Assembly (NCBI RefSeq): GCF_020745735.1
Contig: NC_083414.1
Coordinates: forward strand, 13,454,001 to 13,518,000
Reading direction: 5' to 3'
Source: Hemiscyllium ocellatum
Lineage: Eukaryota
Length of the DNA: 64,000 bases
The stretch's first letter is position 1; every line of letters begins with the position of its first letter. Both the position numbers and the translations under genes were made by a program. Below are positions 12,501 to 25,400 of this stretch, piece after piece. The notes below the pieces were generated by a model that saw nothing but the letters and a program-made list of their open reading frames with translations, was not told where the DNA came from and searched no databases.

Positions 12501-12974
12501 CCCGGTCAAGTGCTTTCCTGCATCTTCTGAGCAGATGTAAGGTTACCAAGTTTCCACGGGGACAAAGCAGGAGAACGAGGTTGAGAAACTTATTGGCCAT
12601 AGATTCATAGAGATGTACAGCAGGAAACAGACCCTTTTGTCCAACCCGTCTAGGCCAACCAGATATCCCAACCCAATCTAGTCCCGCCTGCCAGCACCCG
12701 GCCCATATCCCTCCAAACCCTTCCTATTCATATACCCATCCACATGCCTCTTAAATGTTGCAATTGTACCAGCCTCCACCACATCCTCTGGCAGCTCATT
12801 CCATATATGTACCACCCTCTGTGTGAAAAAGTTGCACCTTTGGTCTCTTTTATATCTTTCCCCTCTCACCCTAAACCTATGTCCTCTGGTTCTGGACTCT
12901 CCAATTCCAAGGAAAAGACTTTGTCTACTTATCCTATCCATGCGCCTCATAATTTTGTTAACCTCTATAAGGTC

Positions 12975-13277
12975 CAAGGTTTGTGCGAAGATTTGTAGCT
13001 CGGGTGCTCGTTGTTGTGGTTCTGTTCGCCGAGCTGGAAGTTTTTGTTGCCATCCTAGAGGCATGGCATTCATCCACAAACTCCATCAATAAACACATCG
13101 ACCTGGACCCAATATACCAACCACTACAGCGGACAGCTGAAACTGACACCCGGAAGCGGCAAGGACAGACCACTATAAATACGCTTCGCAGGAGGCTCCA
13201 GAGCACTGATGATGTCGCCTAGCCAGGGGACGAAACGTTTGCAACAAAAACTTCCAGCTCGGCGAACAGAACCACAA
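12975..13277. mobile_element. Truncated PLE (family B) with inverted terminus
   Basis: LEAWHSSTNSINKHIDLDPIYQPL resembles a PLE ORF C-terminus; inverted arms 13013-13050 and 13241-13278; TSD ctctataaggtc at 12963 and 13278. Confidence 0.85.
13203..13242 (+). ncRNA. Minimal hammerhead ribozyme motif (family B), sense in TCTA intron 1
   Basis: GCA-CTGATGA-T-GTC-(12 nt)-GAC-GAAA-CGTT-TGC: stem I GCA/TGC, stem II GTC/GAC, GUU triplet. Confidence 0.75.
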
Positions 13278-14674
13278 CTCTATAAGGTCACCCCTCAGCC
13301 TCCGACGCTCCAGGAAAAACAGCCCCAGCCTGTTCAGCCTCTCCTGTAGCTCAAATCCTCCAACCCTGGCAACTTCCTTGTAAATCTTTTCTGAACCCTT
13401 TCAGGTTTCACAACATCCCTCTGATAGGAAGGAGGCCAGAATTGCACGCAATATTCCAACAGTGGCCTGACCAATGTCCTGTACAGCCACAACATGACCT
13501 CCCAACTCCTATACTCAGTACACTGACCAATAAAGGAAAGTATACCAAATGCCGCCTTCACTATCCTATCTACCTGCGACTCCACTTTCAGTGAGCTATG
13601 AACCTGCACTCCAAGGTCTCTTTGTTCAGTAACACTCCCTAGGTCCTTGCCATTAAATGTATAAGTCCTGCTAAGATTTGCTTTCTCAAAATGCAGCACC
13701 TCACGTTTATCTGAATTAAACTCCATCTGCCACTTCTCATTGGCCCATCTGGTCTAGATCCTGTTGTAATCTGAGGTAACCCTCGTCACTGTCCACTACA
13801 CCTCCAATTTTGGTGTCATCTGCAAACTAACTAACTGTACGTTTTATGCTCGCATCCAAATCATTTGTGTAAATGACAAAAGGCCCAGCACCGATCCTTG
13901 TGGCACTCCACTGGTCACAGGCCTCCAGTCTGAAAAACAACCCTCCACCACCTCCCTCTGTCTTCTACCTTTGAGCCAATTCTCTATCCAAATGGCTAGT
14001 TCTCCATGTATTCCATGAGATCTAACCTTGCTAATCAGTCTCCCATGGGGAACCTTGTCGAACGCCTTACTGAAGTCCATATAGATCCCATCTTCTGTTC
14101 TGCCCTCATCAACCTTCTTTATTACTTCTTCAAAAAACTCAATCAAGTTTGTGAGACATGATTTCCCACGCACAAAGCCATGCTAACTGTACCTAATCAG
14201 TCCTTGCCTTTCCAAATACATATACATCCTATCCCTCAGGATTCCCTCCAACAACTTGCCCACCACCGAGGTCAGGCTCACCGGTCAATAGATCCCTGGT
14301 TTATCTTTACTGCCCTTCTTAAACAGTGGCACCACGTTTGCCAACCTCCAGTCTTCCGGCACCTCACCTGTGACTGTCGATGATACAAATATCTCAGCAA
14401 GAGGCCATAATTGAATGGTAGAGCAGACTCAATGGGCTGAATGGCCTAATTTCTGCTCCTATGTTTTGTGATCAAATTGGACTGGATTAATTTCGGATAT
14501 CTGGCTAGCATAGATGAGTTGGACTGAAGGGTCTGTTTCCATGATGTACAACTGGATGACTCTATAAATAGAGCAACCATTTTGAACTGAGCAGGATCCC
14601 ATAAATAGCACTCAAATAAAAGCGAAATACTGCAGATACTGGGATTCTGAAATAAAAACTAAAGTAAGTATGTA

Positions 14675-15320
14675 AGTTAGCTTACTGAGCTGGAATGTTT
14701 GTTTTCAGACGTTTTATCACCCTGACTAGGTAACATAACCAGTGAGAGTCTCCGGTGTAGCGCTGGTGGTATGTCTCGCCTCTGTAGGTCTTGGTTTCCT
14801 AAGGTGGGTGATGTCATTTCTGTTGTTTTTCAAGGCAATGTAGAAGGGGTCTAAGTTGATGTGCTTATTAATGGAGTGCTGGTTAGAATGCCATACCTCT
14901 CGTGCGTGTCTTTGTTTCGCCTGTCCCAGGATGTGTGTGTTGTCCCAGTCAAAGTGATGTCCTCCTTTGTCTGTATGTATGGAAAGTACGTCATGTCTTT
15001 TGATGACCAGTTGGGGTTCGTGTATCCTGGAGTAAGTTTCCTGTGTGTCCGATGAATTGTTTTTTTTTCCGGCTCTGCATGGTATTTTGTAAATTATGTT
15101 AGTTTTGCTGATAGTATCTAATCAATCCTTTAGGTTCATTCGTTGCTGTTTAATTGTGTTGGTAGGTTTGTGGGCTACCATGATACCAAGGGGTCTGAGT
15201 AGTCTGGAACAGAAACAAAGCCCAGCAAGCAGGCACAGTAGAACCAAAATCTATAGTCACATTATTTTACAACAAAGACATATCAGAAATAACTTCGAGA
15301 CTACTCAGACCTTATAATCA
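14675..15320 (-). mobile_element. Older decayed PLE with 5' inversion
   Basis: Minus peptide RLLRPLGIMVAHKPT (~15160-15205), inverted plus-strand piece KDISEITSRLLRP (~15275-15315), eroded hammerhead ~14704-14746. Confidence 0.55.
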
Positions 15321-18122
15321 ACCTGAGTTAAAATCTTCTCAAAAACTGATAAAAACAATGTGCAGGAGAACTTCAGGTCTGGCAGCATCTATGGAGAGAG
15401 AACGAGAGAGTTAACATTTCAAATCCAGTGTGACTCTTCTTTGGAATGGACGTAATCTCACACTGGACTCCATATAACTTTGTTTCTCTTTCCAAATATG
15501 CTGTCAGGCCTGCCCAAGTTCCCTAGCACTTGGGTCACTTTTGGCAATACAAACAGAGAAGGGGTGTAGGTGTTGTTGTAGGTTGACTGAGACTCAAGAA
15601 GGATTCCTGCTCCTTGAAAAGTGTGCCAACACCTGAATGGAACTGTTGATTTAATGTGTAATCTTGAAAGACAACTAACTTTTCAGCTGTACTGATAGTC
15701 AGCTGTATTAGATCCACAGGTCATGATGTACTGCTTGGATTTACAACTTTCTGGCAGTAGCAGTAATAGATATAAAGCAAATTAACACTTGTTGCTTTCA
15801 GGATCTCACCTATCATTCACATAATGCAATCAGAAATAAAAATGTGTAGTTGCCAGTTTTCACCTTCCAAGAGTGATATTTTGTGAATTGGCTACAATTA
15901 TGGACAATGTACTTTTAACGGAGAGAAAAAATGCCAGGAGTCGTCCTGACTGCTACTTTGCATATGCCAAGTGACTGATGTCTTGGTAGATTGTCTCGCC
16001 TTTTCACTTACTGAATAAAATGTAGAAAAAATTTTTGATATATTCATGTCAAAAAGAATTTCTCAACCTGCTTAGGAACATTTAATTAAATGTTCAGCAA
16101 ATCTCCATCTACCCACTGACTCATTTTGGCTCTGTAATTAAACCATCTATACCAAGGTCATCTCCAGGGAAACAGTAGAAGATCTTGCATTAGCTTCAGT
16201 TGAGAGAGATTGATTAAAGTTGACTGTGGTTTTCTTCCCAAGTTGTTTTCCAATGACCCAGTCCTGCAAAGTGGATTAGTGCAGAATATGAATTGGAGGT
16301 TGACACCTGAAAAATGTTGAACTTACTGACTTTTAATAACAGCTTTTAAGAAAAATGAAAGGATAGACTTGAATATCTAAATATGGATATTTTTCGGATC
16401 TTTTTTAATAGTCTAAATAGTGCCTTTGGAATGGTATCTCAGGCTGAAGTTTGCCAGGAAATCATGAGATGGGTAAGAAATGGGCCTGGAAAGATGATAG
16501 AATTTACTGTAATTCATTTTAGTTGAATTCAGAAAGCATGATGGCATTTTGGTTTTAGTTTAGTTTCCGTGAGGGAAAAAGAATGATTGTGACTTTAACT
16601 TTGGTAAAGCTGCAAGATGAGAGCAGTATTTCAGATCTTCCAAAGATTTGTAGGACAAAGGGAGACAAAGGAACACATTAAAAACAGCTGCCTTTTTGAA
16701 CTGAGAAGAGAGAGAGAAACATATTTGAGATTTAAAATCTGCCATTTTCATATTTCCAAGGAGACTGAGCCAAGAGTGGTTCAAAGAAGACTTTGATGAA
16801 AAATTAGTCCTTTACTCACTGGAAGAATAGAGGTTTTACTTGAACTACTTGAGGCAAGATAGTTACTTTTTGGCAACTTTCTGTGCATTAACCTGACATT
16901 GGGTGAAACGTGAAACAAATTCAAACTTGGAGTCATGTGGAAAAATTGACAGATTCTAAAAAAAATTATTTTAAAAAAAGTCATGAGATGTATGGGTAAT
17001 GTAGGTCAGGGAAAACTGTTTCTCTTGGTCTAAAGATCAAGAGCAAGAGAGTGCAAGTTTAAGGTAACTGGCAAAAGAAGCAATGGCAATATGTGCAACA
17101 AGTGGTTGAGATTTAAAAGTTACTCATTCGTTGGATGTGGGCATTGTTGGTTAGGCCAGCCAGCATTTATGGCCTGTCCTTAGTTGCCGTTAAGGTGTTG
17201 GTGAATTGCCTCCTTGAACATCTGTCCATTTGCTGTAGGTATGCACAACAGATGTGGAGGAAATATGAGGGATGGATAGATAGTGATGAATATTATATAG
17301 GGAAAAGAGAGACATTATAATACAGACAGTCTGTGGGTTGCGAACGGCTTCTGTGCACAAGTCAGAACACAGTCCAGACAATGTAAACAGCCGTTCGTAA
17401 GTACAGAAGATGTTTGTATTTTCCATATTTAAAATTACATCCTTGTATAGGATTACATTTGTAAGTTGAATGTCTGCAAACTGGTGATCCATACTTAATA
17501 CAGCTCTCATTAGTGATGCTGTTATGAAATTTTTGTGGTTGCCTCTGCCTTTGAAACAAAAGTACATTTAAACAGAAATAGCTGAAGCAAAATTTGTTTG
17601 TGGTTGGGTGTATCAGAATAGGGGAGATGCGTTTATGTAAAATAAGGTTGAAATCAGGACACACTTTCCCAGCAAGTCTGTAACAGAAATCCAAAACGTG
17701 TTTCTTTCCTCACCCCCCTCATCTCTCCAAATGAAAGGCTGGGGCTGCTAAGCCAATCATTGCTTTTGAGACTGAGATGTATAGGATTTTTTTTGAGTAC
17801 GGGTATTGAAGGATATGGCTCAAAAGCCAGGTAAATGCTGCTGCAGGTACAGATTGATCATAATTTATGGAATGGCAGAACAGACTTCAGGGACTGGTCT
17901 CATGATATTTGACAAAGTAAATATTTGTAAAGAGGTTTGGAACATTCTGAGGATTTTGAGAGGCAGGTTTGTACATTCGTTTTTGTTTTCTTGTCTGCAT
18001 TATTTCTAATATCAATATCAGACTCTCTGCCTTATTCTAAACAAACTGACTGACTGAAATTCATTGCCAAGACATTTGGAATGTATAATATAAGTTAAAT
18101 TTTCACTTTCCTTATCAAGATG

Positions 18123-18432
18123 TCATAGAATCCCACAGTGTCTAAACAGGTCATTTGGCCTAACAAGTCCACACCGACCCTCCAAAGACTATCCCACCCA
18201 GATTCAATCCCCTATCCTATTAATGCACCTAACCTACAAATCCCTGAATACTGTGGGCAATTTGGCATGGCCAGTTCACCTAACCTGCATATCGTTTAGA
18301 TTGTGTGAGGAAACACAAGCACCCGGAGGAAACCCATGCAGACATGGAGAGAATGTGCAAACTCCACACACAGTCGCCCGAGGCTAGGATCAAACCTTGG
18401 TCCCTGGTGCTATGAGGTATCAGTGCTAACCA
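18123..18432 (-). mobile_element. HE1-type V-SINE
   Basis: Core cccggaggaaacccatgcagacatggagagaatgtgcaaactccacaca. Confidence 0.8.
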
Positions 18433-19917
18433 CAAAACAAATAATTGAACTTGTTTGAGGTGGTGCAGTGTAAGTGAGGTTCTAAGAATTGTGACACAGG
18501 ACTGGACAGTTGTACAGTCATTTTTTTTTCCCAAGTTATTTTTAATTAAACCAAAAATATCCACAAACTATTAAGGATCCGGTGCAGAATATGATAACTT
18601 GGAGCCTGTCACAGCAAAGTAGTCCAGAGCAGTTTTTGAGCTCAGGACTGAGACTAATGCTTCAGAACACTGCAGGTGGTGTCTCATAATTTCTCTGCTG
18701 GTGATTCAAGCTGGTCTGTAAAATATCCTCTAGCATTATTTGAGCAGAAAGTTGTCTCAAGCAACCATTACCAATTTAAAGCATAAACTAATTAATCATC
18801 TCATGATTATTTGTAAGTGAGGCAGAATGACATCTTTGTTATCAGTTTGTTGATCACTGTCTGAAGCAAGTTGTTATTTTTAAGTAGAAAACATCATTAA
18901 AATTTTATCAGACTTTGATATGTGTTACATCTCTGAAATGTGCTCATGTTAATTTGTGTATCAATGTTTTTCATTTATATTATGCTTTTAAGATACAAAG
19001 TGTCCCATTGCACTTTAGAAATTTCAACCATAAAATGGGTGCCAAGCCAAAGAAGAAGCTCTTAGGGAAAGTGTTGAAAAACTTAGTCAACGGTCTGGGT
19101 TTGAGAGTAAGAGAATGAAATTTCTAGTCAGCTGAAGGCATGGCCAATAAAAGTGGGGAAAAGTTAGGATAAGCATTCAGGGTGATAAGAGGAATGGAAT
19201 TAATGTTCATCGAATGTAAATTGTGGATTATTCAAGACTGAATATCAAATGAGCAGTCTGACAGCACAGATACCATAGAGATCAAGACATGTGGAAGAGA
19301 AGTAGAGGTGGATATTATCGAAGTACATGGGAGCTGATACCATGCTTATAGATGGTACTGAGCACTGATAGGGAGATGGTCAAGTTTAGATCCTTAGGAG
19401 CTGTGGAGCTAAATCTTTTTGAGGTATAGTTTAATTCTATTTTGACATTCTTGTTTACAATGCAGTTTACAAGTCCTTATGGCACAGAAGAGGTCGTTTG
19501 CCCATTGAGCCCAAGTTATATGTCTCTAGTGCAATCCAGTGAGTCACATTCTTTTTTATACCTTACAGTTTATTGCCCTTGAATATCCATCTGGCTCAGT
19601 AATGTGCTTTAGGAAAGGAAATCTACTATCCTTACTCTGGTTTATGCATAGCTCCAGACCCATAGCAATATTTCTGACTCTGAAACGGCCCAGCAAATTA
19701 TTCAGTTGAAGAGAGATGCGCAGTGAATGCAAGCCTGACAGGTGATGTCCTGTTCCTGCAAATGATTTTTTCTTTCAGAAGAAAATATCGTCCTAAGAAG
19801 AAAAAAATTGTCAGAGATTCCTGGGGCTGCACAGTACATTCCAGCTGTTGAAAAATCACAAATTGTATTTTTTATCTGTGGTGGAACAAGCTGTTTGACG
19901 GTGAGCTTATTTTACAG

Positions 19918-19972
19918 GTATTGGAGGTCAGAATGGAGGTACTCCAGACAGCTCTTCAAACTTTACCAGTTG
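19918..19972 (+). CDS. TCTA: TCTA coding exon 2
   Basis: ttttacag/GT ATT GGA GGT CAG AAT GGA GGT ACT CCA GAC...AGT TG/gtatgt encodes GIGGQNGGTPDSSSNFTSW (human GLGGQNGSTPDGSTHFPSW); phases fit exons 1 and 3. Not in the ORF track. Confidence 0.93.
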
Positions 19973-20761
19973 GTATGTTTTTCTTTTTGAAGAAACTTTT
20001 GGAAATGTGGTACATCACACATTGTGAAATGCTGATACAATAGAAATTTTTTAAAACCGCTTTGTTGTTCAATTTCTACCTTGATCTGAAAGCTAATTTT
20101 GCTAAAGATCTCAATATGTTTGTTCATGAAGTACACAGTTAAAGTAAATCTGCTAGTCTCAAGGTGCTGTTGCATTTGGGAACTTTATCTTATGATTTGA
20201 GTGCTTTTAATAATTGAATTCCCATTAGAACACATTTATAAGTTGCTGAAAAGTACATACATATGAACTCTGACTCAAACCTGTTTGATGTGAATGAGGC
20301 ACTAAAAGAAAAGCCCAGTTGTATTGCCCCAACTAGCTCAAAAATGAAATTAGTTTTTTGATCATAGTCTGCAGATTGATTGCAGTAGTAGAAGTCAGAG
20401 GGTCATGGTAGATGGCTGTTTATGTGACTAAAGACTGGTGTCCAATGGCATACCACAGACATTGGTGCTGGGTCCTTTATTAAATAGTTTGTGAATATTT
20501 TCCATATTATTTATATGTAATGTGGGCAGGAGGATGATAAATAAGTTTGCTAATGACACAAAGATTGGATGGATGGTTTACTGTGTGGAAGAAGGTCTTC
20601 GGTGAAAGGAGGACATAGATGGATTGGTCAAACGGGCAGATCAGTGGCAGATGGAATTTAACCTTCAGTGTAGACAGAAAAGGATGTTTCAGTGAATGGC
20701 AGGATGCTAGGAAGCAATCTTGGGGTCCTTGCCCACAGATCCCTGAGGTAAAAACAATGAC

Positions 20762-21920
20762 TGCTATCCCATATTCCCAATTCCTTCGTCTCCGCCGCAT
20801 CTGCTCCCAGGAGGACCAATTCCAACACCGCACAACCCAGATGGCCTCCTTCTTCAAGGACCGCAGATTCCCCCCAGACGTGATCGACGATGCCCTCCAC
20901 CGCATCTCCTCCACTTCCCGCTCCTCCGCCCTTGAGCCCCGCTCCTCCAACCGCCACCAAGACAGAACCCCACTGGTTCTCACCTACCACCCCACCAACC
21001 TGCGCATACAACGTATTATCCGCCGCCATTTCCGCCACCTCCAAACGGACCCCACCACCAAGGATATATTTCCCTCCCCTCCCCTATCAGCGTTCCGCAA
21101 GGACCACTCCCTTCGTGACTCCCTTGTCAGATCCACACCCCCCACCAACCCAACCTCCACCCCCGGCACCTTCCCCTGCAACCGCAGGAAATGTAAAACT
21201 TGCGCCCACACCTCCACACTCACTTCCCTCCAAGGCCCCAAGGGATCCTTCCATATCCGCCACAAGTTCACCTGTACCTCCACACACATCATCTATTGCA
21301 TCCGCTGCACCCGATGTGGCCTCCTCTATATTGGTGAGACAGGCCGCTTACTTGCGGAACGCTTCAGAGAACACCTCTGGGCCGCCCGAACCAACCAACC
21401 CAATCACCCCGTGGCTCAACACTTTAACTCCCCCTCCCACTCCACCGAGGACATGCAGGTCCTTGGACTCCTCCACCGGCAGAACACAACTACACGACGG
21501 CTGGAGGAGGAGCGCCTCATCTTCCGCCTGGGAACCCTCCAACCACAAGGTATGAATTCAGATTTCTCCAGCTTCCTCATTTCCCCTCCCCCCACCTTGT
21601 CTCAGTCGGTTCCCTCAACTCAGCACCGCCCTCCTAACCTGCAATCCTCTTCCTGACCTCTCCGCCCCCACCCCACTCCGGCCTATCACCCTCACCTTGA
21701 CCTCCTTCCACCTATCCCACCTCCATCGCCCCTCCCCCTAGTCCCTCCTCCCTACCTTTTATCTTAGCCGGCTTGGCTCTCTCTCTCTTATTCCTGATGA
21801 AGGGCTTATGCTCGAAACGTCGAATTCTCTATTCCTGAGATGCTGCCTAACCTGCTGTGCTTTGACCAGCAACACATTTGCAGCTGTGATCTCCAGCATC
21901 TGCAGACCTCATTTTTTACT
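20762..21920 (+). mobile_element. Young 5'-truncated Penelope-like retroelement (Neptune-type): RT linker plus GIY-YIG endonuclease and 3' terminus
   Basis: About 298 open codons to the stop at 21656 with AIPYSQFLRLRRICS, CNRRKCKTCAH and FTCTSTHIIYCIRCTRCGLLYIGETGRLLAERFREH; CpGs retained. Confidence 0.92.
21790..21825 (+). ncRNA. Intact minimal hammerhead ribozyme motif (family A), sense in TCTA intron 2
   Basis: ATTC-CTGATGA-A-GGGC-TTAT-GCTC-GAAA-CGTC-GAAT: 4-bp stem I, 4-bp stem II, GUC triplet, ACGT palindrome. Confidence 0.82.
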
Positions 21921-22422
21921 TGCAGATGCTGGAAACAAGATTCTGGATTAGTGGTGCTGGAAGAGCAGAGGCAACATCCGAGGAGCAGGAAAATCGACGT
22001 TTCGGGCACAGATCCCTGAAGGTAGCAGGACAAGTTAATCGGGTGGTTAAGGTGGCTTACAAGATACTTGCCTTTATCCATTGTGACAAAAATTATACGA
22101 GCAGGGAGGTTTTTTGGAGCTGTGTAGGACTTTGGTTAGGCCATGGCTGGAGCTCTATGTACATTTTATGAGGAAATGGGGGTAGTGCAAAGGAAATTCA
22201 CCAGGATGTTGCCTGGATGGAGTAGTTTAGTTAAGAGAGGCAGGATAAGCTGAGGTTTTCTTTATAACAGAAAGCTGAGGGGAGACCTGATTGTGGGGCA
22301 TGGACAAGTTGGAAACCTGAAAACCAAGTGTCGAATTACATTTTTTCAGAATGCAATCCTCAACCAGTGTAAGAAAATGATTCCAATTTTGACTCCTAAA
22401 ATGTTTTTAATTGTTTTTACAG

Positions 22423-22465
22423 GGACAATGCCAGTGGCGAGTCAATTAAAAGTCACAGGGAGTGA
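22423..22465 (+). CDS. TCTA: TCTA coding exon 3 (to stop)
   Basis: ttgtttttacag/G GAC AAT GCC AGT GGC GAG TCA ATT AAA AGT CAC AGG GAG TGA encodes DNASGESIKSHRE* (human EMAANEPLKTHRE*); total 103 aa. Confidence 0.92.
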
Positions 22466-25400
22466 GTGATGAAGATGTGTGAAACCTGCAGCTGAGACAT
22501 GAGGTGGCTTGCTGTGTGGAGTAAAGTTATTGAGACTGTGGAATGTTCAAACTGCTGTTGGGTGCTAAACTCTACAAAATATTGTATGTTGCACCTGATG
22601 ACTTGAAATGTGCCATTGTGACTCAGTGCTGTTATTTTTCTTTCCTAATATTCTTGGGCTTTGCTGAGAATCCAGGGAAGTATATGTTGGCACATGTCAA
22701 TTGAAAGGTACTAGCAATGAAAATGTTGATTATTTAAATGTGTTGTGCTAACACAACTCCCCAGGATTTTGAATAGTGCTATAAAATGGATCTTATCCGA
22801 AGGAGATTAAAAAATATCAATATGATTCTATTTGGAAAGATTAAAATCAAGTAGTGATGGATGTCATTTGATGAGCCCAGAAGTGGATTATCAAAGAACT
22901 AACAAGGTTTTTGTAGACAATGACATGATGTTCTGCAGCAGTTTGTTGAGGATATACTAATTTGAATTGGGTAACATCAGGGAACACAGATCCTTCAGGT
23001 AAAATGTCTATATGCCAATCTATAAATTGTTTTCATGTTGACCCCAAAGTGCAATGGGATCGTTTTGTAGACCCAAAAGAGACATTGGTAGAAATTAAAA
23101 CAGACCAGTTTGAGTTTGATATCCCATATGCAGTTGCTTTTGTTTTGTCCTCTGTATGCATGCAAATAATGGCAGAACCCAAGCTGATTTGTGTACAGAC
23201 ATGGCCAAAACAGTTCTCCGCAGCATTATCAATGATGAGAATGGGATGACCTCTGAAGGAGCTAAATAAAGTGACGTATTTGTATCTGAGGCAATTGCTC
23301 AATCTTCCTGTGAACACATATCATTAATTTTTCATGGTGGGAACACCTTTTGGCAACTGTATGTCCTGCGGAAAGTTAATGACCTGTAACCTGTTGAGGA
23401 CCTGTAACAGCTGATTTCAATTTAAGTCTTTCAATTGGTGAGAAACTGAGGAGCTTATTACCAATATCCAGTAAAATAATTATTGGGTGGCATGATTCTG
23501 GTATGCCTATATTTAGAGCTCATGTCAGTAACTTGGCCTACATAGTATAATTCTAATCTTGATCTTGCTGTTGAGAAAAATATTTTTCAGGAGAAACTTT
23601 CAAATGATGGTACCCTATCTCTTACATGAAAAATGCATGACACCTTGCTTATAGTGTATCTTGTGTACTCATTTGCCTGACTGAACCAACTTTTCAGGCA
23701 TGCTGTGAAGTGAGTGCCCAGAACGGCTGAGAGGCTGTTCATCCATTCGAATCAGGATTCCATACCTGTTGTAAAACCCAGGTTTTAACTTTTAAAAGAA
23801 TACTGGCTGGACCTCACAGAGTATGCAAGTACTTTTTGACTATACCTTAAGAGGCCTCATTGATTCTCTTTAAAGGGATGCCCTTACTGGAAAGGTTATT
23901 TTTAAAAAACTCAAAAGCAGGAGTGCTTCACTGGCTTACAATAATGATGTAGCCCGCTACGGACCCATTTCCTCAACTGTGTAAACCAACATACCGCAAA
24001 ACTAGTAAACTGAACTGAACCCTCTGGTACCCCCAATTTAGCTACAGAATGTTACTGAGACCCACATTAGGGCATGGTTTGTTTCCCAACAACCATGTTA
24101 GGTGCACGCTGCATGAGCAGAACCAGTATTCATACCTGTTGACTGTCACATTGCTTTCCCACAGGGAGGTAGAGCATTACCTTGGGGTTGTCAAAGGTGT
24201 TGGTTTTGATAAGTCCTTGGTTCAGCTCACCCTGTTCCACAAAGCTTAACTAACACACTTCAATTTGCTGACTGGATTATCATGCACTTACTACTCGCTT
24301 TAACATTATGTGAATGAAATAGACTTTACATACATAATGTCTAAGAAACCTGAAATGCTAAAGTCCACAATGTACCACAGAAAAATCAACTCTAAATGGA
24401 AAGTCAGGACAAGAACCCATAATTCGTTAACTTTCCATCTTAAGAAATCAGTAGGAAGTTATAGTGAAGGACTTTGTCATAGCAGAAATAGATACATAAT
24501 GATAGAGTGTTCATCTCCATTAATCTTGATTTTTATGTCTCTATTTAAATTCCAAATAAATCACAAGTTGCCATTAAGTTTTCTATATTTTGGCAATCTG
24601 TCTCCACATTTTCTTTTGCTCGGCCTCAAAACTATTGGGAAAAGTGATGCAATGTTATGTAACAATATAGAAGCATGGTTACCTTGCACAGAATGAATAT
24701 TTAAATTCATGCAATCTGCAGCTGGAGTGAAGTGATATTGTATCTTTAGTTGCTGTCATGATACATTGTGTATTTTCAAAGCAAAAATTCTTGAAGGAAA
24801 ATTTTATTTTGCCGTCCATACAAAGACTATCTAAGTTGAGAGCAACTCATGAAGTGTATGCCAAGCAATTTGCCTTTGTTTTTCAACAGTGTACCAAAAG
24901 AAGGACTGAAGTTTAAGATGTAAACAGGCATCTTCTGTTTGTATATTGCTTAAAAATATCCAGGAGCAAACAGAACCATAAGTACATTTCTAATTTTGAT
25001 GTTTTAGATTCTACTTGCATTTTTATTATTCTACGTTCTTTTCAGTTAGAATCACTTTGTTTCACTGGACTTAAGTTTACAAGATAGTATTGCATTCATG
25101 AAAATAAATCATTAACTATTTATTTCTTATTCAGTAAGTGGTGGGGTTGATTATTCTGACATAATATATAGCTGGTTTTGAGATTGAGGTATGTGAAGGG
25201 AGAGAGTATGTAATGAGAGAGTTTTGTCAAAAAGTTAGTTCTACAAATTTGATTTATTTGTTCTATCCAAACCTAAAGCTGAGGATTCTCCTCTCTGCTG
25301 TGTAAACTTGAGCTCTGAGGAGCACAGCCCATTTCGTTGTATGATGAATTACATAGGTACATTGACAATTTTTTTTTTCCTTGAGTAAAAGGCCATTAGT

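Larger units (their letters stand above)
12597..14404 (-). mobile_element. CR1 LINE (RT region to 3' end), interrupted by a PLE insertion
   Basis: GKSCLTNLIEFF, YMDFSKAFDKVPH, SGVPQGSVLG, LEYCVQFW motifs. Confidence 0.92.
20385..22310 (+). mobile_element. Decayed CR1 host element split by the insertion at 20747-22006
   Basis: CR1 RT remnants on both sides; direct repeat cacagatccctga at 20734 and 22007. Confidence 0.7.

Noticed and set aside
12109-12610. Overlapping Arg/Glu/Ser/Leu-rich ORFs
   Set aside because: Products of low-complexity sequence lacking stop codons.
20619-20761. N-terminal part of the 345-aa ORF as a novel gene
   Set aside because: Chance read-through from CR1 debris and a PLE tail into the PLE frame; no promoter or splice support.
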